From NCBI GenBank assembly GCA_002269645.1, contig NIVC01003052.1:62001-126000 (forward strand): a stretch of DNA of 64,000 nucleotides. Direction: 5' to 3'. The notes beneath the pieces are model-generated. The model had not been told where the DNA came from and ran no database searches. It saw only the letters and a program-made list of their open reading frames with translations. A program made the translations under genes and the position numbers. Origin of the DNA: Macrostomum lignano (taxonomy: Eukaryota). Of the stretch, positions 37,440 to 49,865 are shown in pieces; the stretch's first letter is position 1; every line of letters begins with the position of its first letter.

Positions 37440-37915
37440 GTAGCGGTTTGGGCAAACGTATTCAATCTCGCGTCACGACTGATTCGATTTAGTGCGCGGC
37501 CACCTGAATTTGGGGCTTGTCAAGGTGGGCTGTCGTGCGATTCACAGCCATGAGGGCCAACCCCAAAGCTTGTCAAGGTGGGCTGTCGTGCAATTCACAG
37601 CCATGAGGGCCAACCACAAAGCTTGTCAAGGTGGGCTGTCGTGCCATTCACAGCCATGAGGGCCAACCCCAAAGCTTGTCAAGGTGGGCTGTCGTGCCAT
37701 TCACAGCCATGAGGGCCAACCCCAAAGCTTGTCAAGGTGGGCTGTCGTGCCATTCACAGCCATGAGGGCCAACCCCAAAGCTTGTCAAGGTGGGCTGTCG
37801 TGCCATTCACAGCCATGAGGGCCAACCCCAAAAGGCACAGAGTGTACACGCCCGACGATTAGAAAGTCAAAGGGCCGCTGCTGTACACCCTGTGTGAGCG
37901 TGCGTGCCTGAGTAT
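37440..37915 (+). mobile_element. SINE-like copy containing six tandem 53-bp units (37516-37833)
   Basis: Degenerate tRNA-like head, body GTCGTGC.ATTCACAGCCATGAGGGCCAACCCC, tail CTGTACACCCTGTGTGAGCGTGCGTGCCT shared with 11540, 26530, 27445, 28950/29660, 40150 and 40410. Confidence 0.65.
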
Positions 37916-38004
37916 ACAGTATTGAGGCGCTTGGATGTGCTCAAGAGTTGTTGCCCCACAATAAGTATGCAATAAGTAGGCCAGAGGCACAAGCCAGTAC
38001 AAAC

Positions 38005-38181
38005 CTGAAACAGTGCAAATCTCTGGTCGGTGCTGGCGGTCAGGAGGACGCGCGCTTTCGGATTAAATTGCACCGATGTTAATCGCCGATGCGATGGCGA
38101 CTCCTTATTGGCGTTGGTCAGGCGCACGTAGTCCAGTCGGCGCGTCGGCAGGTCGCCGCCGTCTCGCCGGTTAGCCAGAAC
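38005..38181 (-). CDS. UTP18: UTP18 exon 2
   Basis: ctccaag|GTT...CAG|GTTTGT; 177 nt phase 0 to 0; NAN..SPS...SVQFNP...LLTASTD..FALFQV UTP18 motif. Confidence 0.9.
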
Positions 38182-38214
38182 CTTGGAGTAATAAATTTTT
38201 GGTTGGAGAATAGA

Positions 38215-38660
38215 TAATCCCTCTTCGATTCTTCCCACAGATACCCCCCTTTGAGGATTTTTCCCACAGATAATCCAACTGAGGATTCTTCCCACAGATA
38301 ATCCCTCTGAGGATTCTTCCCACAGATAAACCCTCTGAGGATTCTTCCCAGAGATAATCCCTCTGAGGATTCTTCCCACAGATAAACCCTCTGAGGATTC
38401 TTCCCAGAGATAATCCCTCTGAGGATTCTTCCCACAGATAAACCCTCTGAGGATTCTTCCCAGAGATAATCCCTCTGAGGATTCTTCCCACAGATAAACC
38501 CTCTGAGGATTCTTCCCAGAGATAATCCCTCTGAGGATTCTTCCCACAGATAAACCCTCTGAGGATTCTTCCCAGAGATAATCCCTCTACGGATTCTTCC
38601 CAGAGATAATCCTTCTGAGGATTCTTCCCACAGATAATCCCTTTAAAGATCCTTCCCACA
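38215..38660. repeat. 28/29-bp alternating (57-bp higher-order) minisatellite in UTP18 intron 1
   Basis: CTCTGAGGATTCTTCCCA(CA/GA)GATAA periodicity. Confidence 0.93.
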
Positions 38661-38692
38661 GACCAGTAAAGATTACAGAGTCTCCCACCAAC

Positions 38693-39199
38693 CTGAACAG
38701 CTCGAGCTTCGTCATCATCCTCATCTTCCTCGTCACGATCCTTATCCTTCTCCTCACGCTTTGACACGGTGGCCAATTTTCGATCGACATCCAAATAGTG
38801 GGGCGTCGGGCCGTAAGCGGCCAGGAACTCCATTCGCCTCTGCCGTTGCCGCCGCTGAAGCTTGTGCACATTGCTAGAACTCGCCGACTCGATGTCAACA
38901 TCATCGTCCTCATCGTGCCAAACCTCTTCGGCTAAAGCTTTGCCATTTCTTTTCTTGTCCGGCTTCCGCTCCTTTGTGGAAGAATCAGACGAAGAAGCGT
39001 CGCTATCGGCTTCGTCGCGCTCGTCGTCTGAAGGGACTGACAAGTCGGCCTGATCTGGAAGCTCGAGACGACGAGCCAACGATTCCGACGGCAGAGTGTC
39101 GATAATAAAACCGGCAGGAACGGCGGCTGTCTGTTCGTTGCGTTTGCGCTTTTTTGCACTGATAGTTTCAGCGCTTGACTCTGTTGGCATTTGGAGCAT
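38693..39199 (-). CDS. UTP18: UTP18 exon 1
   Basis: ATG 39199 (alternative in-frame ATG 39259); acidic N-terminus with VWHDEDD motif; donor CAG|GTTGGT; spliced total 514 aa. Confidence 0.85.
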
Positions 39200-40065
39200 T
39201 TTGCTCTGGCTGGAAATGCGATAAGATGGTAAACTAAATGTAACTTTTGCCCAGGTCATCTAGTCATCAGTGAGGATCCAAAGTGAATCTAACAATAATT
39301 GGGTATCTAATTAGTCGGCAACCTAAATCTATAGTTGAAGCTATGACTTCAAGGCTCATTTAGAAAATTGCTGAGATGTCAAGGCTAACCCGGGGATTGC
39401 TGAAGTTTTGTGGTTCTTGAGGGAGATTTCTGAAATGTGGCTCTTGAATGGAATTGTTGAAATGCGGTGGCTCTTGGGAGGAACTTGTGAAAAGTGGCTT
39501 TTGGGGGGACTTGCTGAAATCTTTTGGCTCTTAGGGGGTTCCTCGGGTGCTGTGAGCCAACCAAAGCTCATAGAGGATCTTAGGGCGGACGCTTTTTTGC
39601 TTTAAAAATCACTTCCCTTTGACAGTATACAAAGTCAAAACCTACATGTAGTTTATACAAAAAGCAGTCAGAATCTTACCTGAGTATTAAGCATACATAA
39701 TAAGTAGGTATCCTAAATCTATTGTTTAGGCCACCTGACAGAAAAGAATGATCCCGGCTCTCGAATTAAGGCAAAACAAAGCTTTAATAATGCATTGAAA
39801 TTGGGCAATTAATCTGAATATATTATACCTTTATAATGAGAATGAGAATCTTCACAATATGCGACAAGGTAAGACACTGAATACGCTACTTCGGTAACTG
39901 TACACAAAACAGAGACACAGTAAATGGCATACTAAACGAAGAAAAAAGTTAGAGAAACATTACACCAAGAAAAATATTAATAAATCTTCTTATGCTTGAA
40001 GTGTCATACCGACAGATATATAACTGATATAACTCAAAAAACCTATAAATTAATAACTTTATTAT

Positions 40066-40215
40066 TAGCCCAGTGGTCTAGCGAAGGCTCTGATGTGCCA
40101 GCGGCCCAGGCTCGATTCCCAGTGCAGTCATATTAATTTGGGGCTAAATTGTAATCTCGGCTTGGCTCTGCTCGTGCAATTAACGCTCAGGTTGAGGGCC
40201 AACCCACAAGGCACA
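40066..40215 (+). mobile_element. tRNA-derived SINE-like head plus body
   Basis: A-box-like TAGCCCAGTGG (40066), B-box-like GGCTCGATTCC (40109), followed by body matching 29660-29735 in reverse complement. Confidence 0.55.
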
Positions 40216-40543
40216 GGTAATTCCGTTTTCAAAGTGTCCGGGATGAAGCATCATTACATTCTTCTGTCAACGGTGACAAAAAGAGTTCAGTGTCCAAATT
40301 AATTTTTTTAACAATAAAAAACCTCGTTAATTTGCTATCAATGTAAAGAGAAGTAGCTGAAAAAGTTGGGGTCCACGCAACCAGACTAAACGCGACTTCC
40401 AACCTTAGGCACGAACACGCTCACACAGGGTGTAGAGAGGCCCTGGGACTGGCTCTAATGGCTGTAAATCGCACGACAACCCCATTGGCTAATTTTCGTG
40501 CACACAAGCCCCAATTTGCACACGTAAAATGTCAGCTAGTTAA

Positions 40544-41174
40544 CAGTAGAACTACCAAGAGGGGTGAAATCCCCCCTGGCAACTTTCCCCGCTGCGCCGT
40601 ATCAAAGCACCTTCTCAAACAAGAATCAAGTCGCCAGCCCCCCAGACCGTCGAGATATTCGACGATTCTGCCAGAAGTTCGGACTTTTTCCCATAAGCGC
40701 CAGTGTATTCAGTGCACCCCTGTGCGCCAATTAGCACTGCGCCCCAGGTCAGCCTTGCCAAGCCTCCAAATTTCACCAGCACGTCGACCACATGTGTCTG
40801 CATCAGCTCTGACTTCGTTGGTCACTGGCCTCCACCCCGGCGGAGCTTCTGGACCTTCAACAGGTGGCAGCAGGTGACACCCTGATGCGGATTTCTCTAG
40901 TTTCGCCGATCAAGCCTCGACAGTGGGAAAATCTCAACTGCTGGACATCCTCAGCTAGCCACTTGGTGCCACCTGTTGAAGGTCCAGAAGCCACCTGGGT
41001 AAAGGCTAGTGACCAACGAAGTCAGACCTGATGCAGACACACTTGGTCAACGTGCTGGTGAAATTTGGAGAAAATCCAAAAAAAATCCAAAGTGTGCCTG
41101 CGTTGCTCCAATACGGCGCAGCAAAAAAAGTTGTCAGGGGGGGGGGGAATTCCCTCCTCTTGGTAGTTCTAACG
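40544..41174. mobile_element. Foldback-type non-autonomous TIR element
   Basis: Terminal IR CAGTAGAACTACCAAGAGG / CCTCTTGGTAGTTCTAACG plus ~110-bp internal IR 40764-40876 / 40960-41070; solo terminus copy at ~27201-27225. Confidence 0.75.
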
Positions 41175-41302
41175 GGCGGAAAAACGGCTTGGTATTCCTA
41201 CTGTTAATTGATCGAGTCAACTTGAAACACAGTTTGGCATGAGTGAGTTCTTGCACAGAGTCAAGCATAGTTAGTTCATTAAAAAAAGAGCGGAAACGGA
41301 TT

Positions 41303-41665
41303 TTACCTAGCCAGCGACATCAGAATATAATAGATGAACACAAAACCAAGCAGGGAGCCGCCAATGATGTAGCACATCAATCGCCTGTCTCCAGCCGCTC
41401 TGGCGCTGAAATTTCGCACCCGGCCAAGCGTGTTGCCAAGCAGATCTTGGGCTGAACTAAAGTCAGTGCCAAGGCCGTCTAGCACAGTATGCGATCGGTC
41501 CGTCTCGCGTTTAATATCGCTGGCATGGCCTCGGAGTAGGGCCAGCTTAGCGGCTAAAGCATCTGCTCGCCTATCGTTCTCATCTAACAGAGTCTGTTCC
41601 GCATGCCAGTCATGATTAGTGCCGCTGGCATTGTTGCCACTGCTATTATTGTTACCGTTTCTCAT
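41303..41665 (-). CDS. BET1-like Qc-SNARE (BET1/BET1L-GS15 family), intronless
   Basis: 120 aa; SNARE coiled coil (ENDRRADALAAKLALLRGHASDIKRE..LDGLGTDF..LLGNTLGRV) and C-terminal TM anchor. Confidence 0.88.
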   Translation of the reverse strand: MRNGNNNSSGNNASGTNHDWHAEQTLLDENDRRADALAAKLALLRGHASDIKRETDRSHTVLDGLGTDFSSAQDLLGNTLGRVRNFSARAAGDRRLMCYIIGGSLLGFVFIYYILMSLAR

Positions 41666-42315
41666 TATTCAAGACATGAAAATTTTAGAAAAGCACACAA
41701 GAAATTAGCAAAAATTATTTTTAAAAGCATATTTCTACTTAATGCTCTACTGTTAGCACAATATGGGATTTAAAATGCTACAATTTGTTTGATAATAACA
41801 TGATTTACTTCATGCTCATACACAAAAGCAGGGGTAATTGTGTGTGTGGCGACCCCCAGTCCTTGGACTGAACAGCCGTATGCAGCCTTCAGATGCGCCG
41901 CACAATAGCTGCAGCTCTGCTGTCCATTGCACATCTCCACCCATTTGGCTAGGTATAATCAATTATTATTATTATAATCATGCACAAATTGTGTTTCCTA
42001 AAGAATTAACAGTGACTATACAAGATCAAAAGCTACATGTAGTTTATTCAAAGATTGCTAGTTTAGTTTCTATTTATAGAGAAGAATCTAAGGAGCTTAT
42101 GTAAAGTCAGTTCTCAAAAATAAACACTAGAGTAATAGATCAGGGGGTAGTTATTAATAATAGCTAAACTAAAAAGGTGCAAAAGCTTTTCAAACAGATA
42201 CTTTTTAAACCCTAAGACCAAATTATATTTGAGCAATTTTGTCCTATATTAATTTACTTTATAGATAGCTAAAAGAAACTAGTGGCCTTTTTATTTCCTT
42301 AGTAAGGTACATTGT

Positions 42316-43765
42316 TTGAAGAAAGCCAGGAAAACAAAAGCAAAAACGAACATTTGCATTTTTTCTTTAATAATACAAAATTGCAATTTATTTATCTTTG
42401 GGCAACATGTTTTGCCAAACAATCAGCATCTTCAGGCAAAAATATAGATGTAAAGATGGTAAATTTTTTAAAGTCTAGTAAGCCAAAATGATGTAAGTAT
42501 AGATAGCAAAGTTAGATGGCCCTAAATAAGAGGCAAGAGCATGAGGTCAGAACACCCTTAGATAGACACTTGCCCCTCTACCACCAAGTTGGATGTTCAT
42601 GGTGGGCTTAAGCTGTTTAATGTACAATGCCTCAATAGTAGACAACTTCATACTCTGGCAGTTACAATAGATAATTTCAAATTTTTCAGCATGTCTAACT
42701 TTAGCGCATTTATTGCACATCAGGAAGTGGTTGTACACACTGCTAGCTCTTGTACAGTGCTCCTTAACTCTTGTGTGTAGGTGCCTGTCAGTTTTACTAT
42801 GTAAAACTGGCATTGCTTAGCAATGCACAAGAATTTGTAGATAACTCCTGCACACAAGGTTTTTGGTACACTGCACTTGAGTCTTAGCACATATTGCAAC
42901 ATCTTCCTAGTATAGAACACAGGGAAGACCTTAGTGTTCAGGTGGGTATGACAGATGGCCATTATTTTATAATTTCAAAACCTGAGGCTAGGCAGCCCAA
43001 TGTATGGCACTTGAATGATTTTGGAATGGGAATCTCTGTCATTCTTAACATTTTCCATGGTGTTAATTTTCTTGTTCAAGAATTCCTTAATTTTAGTGTC
43101 AACCAGCTGGTCGGGATAGTTGTTCAATCTGAAGATGTTTGATCTGAGTTAGCTCTTTATGCAGCATAAGCCATGAGCTGCATACATGGTAAGCCCAGTG
43201 TAGCAAACCACAAATCAAACTGACTTTCCAAGAGTTGGGGCAAATGGCATGGTAGTTGAGCATAAGCCCAGTAAATGTTTTCTTGTAGTAAATAGACATT
43301 TTAAGGTTGCTGCCATTGTGGCAAGCAGTGATATCAAGAAAGTTTAAAATTTTGTCACCAATCTTAGCAGTAAATTTTATGTTAAGATGGGTGTTGTTGT
43401 TAATGACATTTAGGAATTTAGTGTATGGGCTCCCTTAGGTATTGAAGATAGTGAATGTCTTATCCATATAGCGGTGGTACACTAGGGAGACATGGGCACT
43501 TCAGCCATTCAGCTTCATAGTGGGCAGAGTTACGAGTAATTAATATAAAATTATATTAATTATATAACTCTGTTACCCATACTTATATCATTTTGGCTTA
43601 CTAGACTTTAAAAAGTTTACCATCTCTCTATATCTATATTTTTGCCTGAAGATGCCAATTGTTCAGTGAAATATATCATACAAAGATTAATAAATTGTAA
43701 TTTCTTATTATTAAAAAATGTGAATGTTTGTTTTTGTTTTCTTTTTCCTAGCTTTCCTCAAATTA
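42316..43765 (-). mobile_element. Decayed Penelope-like retroelement (RT + GIY-YIG) with inverted pseudo-LTR copies
   Basis: RYMDKTF (degenerate RYVDDTF) near 43460; NIKFT..NFLDI; YKKTFTGL..WK..LI; KTDRHLHTRVKEH...IEALYIKQLKP.MN endonuclease (42547-42813); IR 42316-42505 vs 43575-43765. Confidence 0.85.
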
Positions 43766-44734
43766 TATTCATGGCTTTTGGCTTTAAAGAAGTATAGTAT
43801 TTACGCATGTTTTGATTTTATTTGGTTCATTAAAGGTGGTAATAAATCTTATACATTAATTAAATTGATATCAATTTTTTTAATATTTATTACCATTTTG
43901 TAAAATAAGAAAATTGGTTATCAATGCTTGTTCCTATTAGAATGACAGGCATTAGTAAAAGTGTATATTGCAATTCACTATATATACATTATGGCTATGC
44001 ATGCAGATATATACTTAGCAACATTGAAAAGTTGCCACTCTAAATGCCAATGAGCAATTTCTCTTGGACTTTTCTAAAATAGAAGATATGAGAACTGATT
44101 GGGATAGCTTTAATCCATCTAACCCTCACACATTGCTCTCTCAACTTTATTCCTCAACCTAAGTCTACTGTAGCATAGCTAAGTTGCATCACTCAGAAGA
44201 TTAAGAGACTTTACCTGCACTCTCAAAGTGGCAACCACAGAATCTTCTATGATGGTGACTTTTTAATGTTGCTAAGTATAAACTTTTAAAAATATATCAG
44301 TTAGTATGGAATGCCAAAAATGTTCTTGCATTGCACAATTTTTTTAACACAACCTGATAGGAATATTCAATAATAAGGTTGGGAAACTACAAAAGTTTGA
44401 AGCCAATCTATTAAAAACTTAGTTCTTGAAAATAATTACTAAGATAGGTTTTTACCATTGACACAAAACTACTATCAACAATGTAAATCATATCCAAATA
44501 ATCTCTCTTAAAAATAATACAACAAAATTGATAGCATTAATATAGCTAAGACAGATGTTCAATGTGTTTTTTAAAAGTTAGATTAAAGCTATGATCTGAT
44601 TATAGATTAGTACTAGCAATCTTTGCCCCCCGTTGGGGGACATCTGGATAAAATCCTTGTTCTTTACAAATAACAAATAGACAGCGAAATAAAGCCTAAA
44701 AAAACAACAGACATTTCCTTTAAAAACAAAACAT

Positions 44735-45120
44735 CCCAAGACAGCAAGCATCCTCAGACAGCATTCAAGCATTGATCCCCAAATAGCGAAATCCTCCAGA
44801 CTGCAAGCATCCCCCAGATAGCAAGCATCCCCTCGATAGCAAGCAACCCCAGCTAGCAAGCATCCCCCAGATAGCAAGCATCCCCCAGACCCCAGATAGC
44901 AAGCATCCCCCAGACCGCAAGCAACCCCAGATAGCAAGCATAACCTGGATACAAAGAGACCTTATAGATATCTAGCAACCCCCTCTTAGATAGCAAGTAC
45001 CCTCCACCCCCTAAGAGCAAGCATCTCCTAATAGCAAGTTACCCCAGTAGCAAGCATCCTTCCGATAGCAAGCATCCCCTTGGTAGCAAGTATCCATCCT
45101 TAAATAGCAAGCATCCACCA
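44735..45120. repeat. 18-bp CCCCAGATAGCAAGCATC repeat island
   Basis: Same unit and same upstream flank (AACAAATAGACA..AAATA) as the 29190-29640 copy. Confidence 0.85.
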
Positions 45121-45214
45121 GAGAAAATAGCTAGTGCAACAATTTCCTTAGATTTATAGTGGCTCCATTTTGTTTGGCATGACACTTCTTTTATGCTTGA
45201 AACAGTGTCTTTTT

Positions 45215-47860
45215 TATGTTTAAAAAGGTGGCTCTTTAATGTTGACATAGTGGCTCTTCTATGTTTACCATGACGGCCCTTTTATATTTGAAATGTTGTC
45301 TCTGTTATGTTTGACATGGTGGCTCTTCTATGTTTGACATGGTGTCTCTTCTTTGTTTAATATGGTGGCTTAGTTGTTTGACATGGTGGCTCTTTTATGT
45401 TTGACATGTAGTCACATATATGTTTGACATGATGGCACTTTAATGTTTGACATGGAGTCACGTATATGTTTAACATGGTCGCTCTTTTATGTTTGACATG
45501 GTGGCTCTTTAATGTTCAACATGGTGGCTCTTTAATGTTTGACATTGAGTCACGTAAATGTTTGACATGATGGCCCTTTTATAATTTACATGGTAGCTCT
45601 TTTATATTTTACATGGTGGCTCTTTTATGTTTCACATGGTGTCTCTTCTATGTTTGACATGGTGGCTCTTTAATGTTCGCCATGGTGGCTCTTCAATGTT
45701 TGACATGGTGGCTCTTCTTTGTTTGACATGGTAGCTCTTTAATGTTTGACATAGTGGCTCTTAAATGTTCTCTATGGTGGCTCTTTTATGATTGACATGC
45801 AGTTACATATATGTTTGACATGATGGCGCTTTAATGTTTGACATGGAGTCACGTATATGTTTAACATGGTTGCTCTTTTATGTTTGACATGGTGGCTATT
45901 AAAATGTTTGACATGGTAGCTCATTAATGTTTGACATGGTGGCTCTTAAATGTTCTCTATGGTGGCTCTTTTATGATTGACATGCAGTCACATATATGTT
46001 TGACATGATGGCGCTTTAATGTTTGACATGGAGTCATATATATGTTTAACATGGTCGCTCTTTTATGTTTGACACGGTGGCTCTTTAATGTTCGATATGG
46101 TGGCTCTTTTATGTTTGGCATGGTGGCTCTTTTATGTTTGACATGGTGGCTCTTTAATGTTCGACATGGTGGCTCTTTAATGTTCGACATGGTGGCTCTT
46201 TATGGTTTGACATTAAGTCACATGTATGTGGCTGTTTTATGTTTGACATGATGGCTTTTGTATATTTGACATAGTAGCTCTTTTATGTCTGACATGGTAG
46301 CTCTTTTATGTTTGACATAGTGGCTCTTTAATGTTTGAGATGGAGTCATGTGTATGTTTCACATGGTGGCTCTTTAATATTTGACATGAAGTCACATGTT
46401 TTTTTGACATAGTGGCTCTTTTATGTTCAACATGGTGGCTCTTTTATGTTTGACATGGTGGCTCTTTAATGTTTGACATGGTGGCTCTTTAATGTTTGAA
46501 ATAGTGGCCCTTTAATGTTCGACATGGTGGCTCTTTAATGTTTGATGTGGTGGCTCTTTAATGTTTACATGGTGGCTCTTTAATGTTTGTCATGGTGGCT
46601 CTTTAATGTTTGACATGGTGGCTCTTTAATGTTTGACATGGTGGCTCTTTTATGTTTTACATGGTGTCTCTTTTATGTTTGACATGTAGTCACGTATATG
46701 TTTGACATGGTGGCTGTTTAATATTCAACATACAAAAAAACCTTCACAAAGAAAATCGACAAACTGCTCAAATGAAGTGCAATGCAAAAAGAAATCATCC
46801 CAAGACAGCAAGCATCACCCAGATAGCAAGCACCCCCCAAGTAAGCATCCCCCAGATAGCAAACATCCCCCAGATAGCAAGCATTCCCCAAATAGCAAGC
46901 ATTCCTCGGATAGCAAGCATCCCCCAAATAGCAAGCATCCCCCAGATAGCAAGCATCCCCCAGATAGCAAGTATCCCCTAGATAGCAAGCATCCTAGATA
47001 GCAAGCATCCCCCAGATAGCAAGCATCCCCCAGATAGCAAGCATCCCCCAGATAGCAAGCACCCCCAGATAGCAAGCATCACCCAGATAGCAAGCATCAC
47101 CTAGATAGCAAGCATCCCCCAGATAGCAAGCATCCCCCAGATAGCAAGCATCCCCCAGATAGCAAGCATGCCCCAGATTGCCCCAGATGGCAATACTTTT
47201 ACGTTTGAAATTGTGTATATTTTATGCTTGACATGGTGGCTCTCTTATGTTTGACATGGTGGCTCTTTAATATTCGAAATGGTGGCTTTTTAATGTTCGA
47301 AATGATGCTTCTTTAATGTTTGACATAAAAACACTGATATGTTTGACATAAAGTCACTTTTACGTTTGACATAGTGGCTCTTTAATGTTTGACATAGTGG
47401 CTCTTTAATATTCTACATGGTGGCTCTTTAATGTTTGACATGGTGGCTCTTTAATGTTCGACATGGTGGCTCTTTTATGTTTGACATGGTGGCTCTTAAA
47501 TGTTCGAAATAGTGGCTCTTTAGTGTTTGACACGGTGGCTTTTTAATGTTCAACATAGTGGCTCTTTAATGTTCTACATTGTGGCTCTTTAATGTTCGAC
47601 ATGGTAGCTCTTTAATGTTTGACATGGTGGCTCTTTTATGTTTGACATGCAGTCACATAAATGTTTGACATGATGGCGCTTTAATGTTTGACATGGTGGC
47701 ACTTTAATGTTCGACGTGGTGGCTCTTTAATGTTCGAAATGGTGACTCTTTTATGTTTTACATGGTGGCTCTTTAATGTTTGACATAGAGTCACATATAT
47801 GTTTTACATGCTGCCCATGTAATGTTTGACATGGTGCCTCTTTTATGTTTGACATTGTGC
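45215..47860. repeat. Old 23-bp satellite TTTAATGTTTGACATGGTGGCTC, interrupted by an 18-bp repeat island at 46795-47185
   Basis: Degenerate tandem periodicity. Confidence 0.9.
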
Positions 47861-47916
47861 TTCTTTTATGTTTAGCAGTTTTGTGTTTTCAAGGTGTTTT
47901 AAAAAAAAATTATTTT

Positions 47917-47983
47917 GCACTACTAAGATTCGAACCTAGGTTGCTACATTAGCAATCCAGTCTGTTCGCATCTAGACTATCTC
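47917..47983 (-). pseudogene. tRNA-like relic / SINE head (Ser-GCT-like loop)
   Basis: Minus strand GATAGTCTAGATG...GATTGCTAAT...GGTTCGAATCT with A/B-box similarity; stems are poor. Confidence 0.3.
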
Positions 47984-49006
47984 TTTTCAATTGGAGATCA
48001 TGAATTTTGGCCTTTATAATTCAATACTTACAGCAAGTCATTTAGTGTAAAAAGGTATGACAAAATCAATTTCTCAGTCAGCCAGTATCCGTCTCAATTG
48101 AAGTTAGCAATATGGTTAGGGCCTACGCAATTTTAATCAAGTCTTGTGCGCATTTCTTTGACACTGTTTTCAACTTGTTATGATGTAATATTTATCAGAA
48201 TCAAAATTCAGTCAGTCAGTTTTTTTTCTAGCATTCTTACAATGCAATTCAAGTCGAAAATTTGGCTTGACCTTTTCAAAAAAGCATGTTTTTTGAATAT
48301 TTAATCCCTTTAACATTGAGCAATTTCTTAGCCAAGATGCATGTACCGTCCCAGGAAAATTCCTGATCAAATGGTGCAAGTTTGAAGAAAATCGGTTGAG
48401 CCATTTTTTCTGAAATCTGTTGAGCCATTTTTTCTGAAATCTATCGCATACTTACCTACCCACAGACAACTCATTTTTAGTATATAGGAATCAGTAATAT
48501 AACAAATATAATAGCCACTGAAATTTGTTTGACATTATTTTTGCCAACCTATATAGTATTTATATATAATATACAAAATTTTTATATAAATGTATCCTAG
48601 GATAAGCCAATATAAAATTCTATTTAACTCCATAAAGAATTCTATACTATGGTAATAACAACTTATAAAAACACAACTAGAAAGATAGTAGCATACATCA
48701 AAATAAATGTTTATAGGAAATCTGTGCCATCTTGCCTATCCAAATATTGTTTCTATGTGCTAGGCCTATTCTTGTAAAAACCTATAAATTTATATAAAAT
48801 TAGATAAAACATAAAAAATGAAACATTTAAAATGACAAATTAAACTAACACATATTTATATCATGTTTTATGATAATTTTGCCCAAAAGTTATTTACCAA
48901 ATATATTAGACATTAGTATACAAAAATTATGCACTAAGTCCTACTATTCTAATCCTAATAATAGCCAGCCAAACATTTTATGGTAGAGATGGTATGGTAG
49001 AGACTA

Positions 49007-49865
49007 CGGCATTCCTTCGGTTTACGATCCTTGAAATTGGTGACGATCCCCATAAGAAAGATAGGCCTACGCAAGAGTAAGAAATTCGTGTTTTTTAATC
49101 ATTTTTTAAACCAGCACTGAAAATCACTCCAAGCCTTTTTTTCTGTCATCAAACGATCGAATGCCAACCAGAATGAAACGATGCAAAGAGATCTGTTCAT
49201 TTGCATACATTCATCAAATTGAAAGAGTTGCTCGTTACAGAACTCATTTTAGAACTGTTCCATGCAGAGGATCCTATATATCCACTTTGGTTTACGATCA
49301 TTTAAATGGCAGAAATATATGTAAATGATCGTGAACCGAAGGTAGGGGGTTTTAGTGTACCATTTCACGTCTCAGAACTGTTCCATGAAGACAATCCTAT
49401 ATATCCACTTCGGTTTACGATCATTTAAATGGCAGAAATACATGTAAATGATCGTAAACCGAAGCTGAGGGGGGGGGGTGGCAGTGTGCAGAGAATAATA
49501 AAGCATCAAGTTACTTAGGAGCGCACATTAACTCAAGATGACATTTCAATCGCCAACAAGCCAACAAATAATGACTACATATGTCTTCGACACCCCCCTC
49601 AGCTTTAGTTCACGATCATTTAAATTGAAGAAATACATGTAAATGATCGTGAACCGAAGTGGATATATAGGATCCTCGTCATCGCAATGCCATTAAAGAA
49701 ACCATTTGTCAGCTATTCCGTTCAGTTTTTTCTAATGTAACGAATAAGCTCAGTTTAACAATTTTTGTTTATTTCAAGCAAGCTATGATCATTTATATGA
49801 AAAATTACATTGGGATCGTGAACCAAAATGTGGGTGGAAAATAATCGTAAACCGAAGGAATGCCG
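49007..49865. mobile_element. MITE with 22-bp perfect TIRs CGGCATTCCTTCGGTTTACGAT and internal palindromic units
   Basis: TIR at 49007 and reverse complement ending 49865; internal CTTCGGTTTACGATCATTTA..TAAATGATCGTRAACCGAAG palindromes at ~49285, 49408 and 49600. Confidence 0.85.

Noticed and set aside
16088-38660. CRISPR-like appearance of regular 30-57-bp arrays
   Set aside because: Units are head-to-tail with no unique spacers, there are no cas genes, and the context is eukaryotic.
39200-39259. Upstream ATG at 39259 as UTP18 start
   Set aside because: The extension is pyrimidine-rich and contains an acceptor-like tttccag; ATG 39199 is preferred, though not proven.
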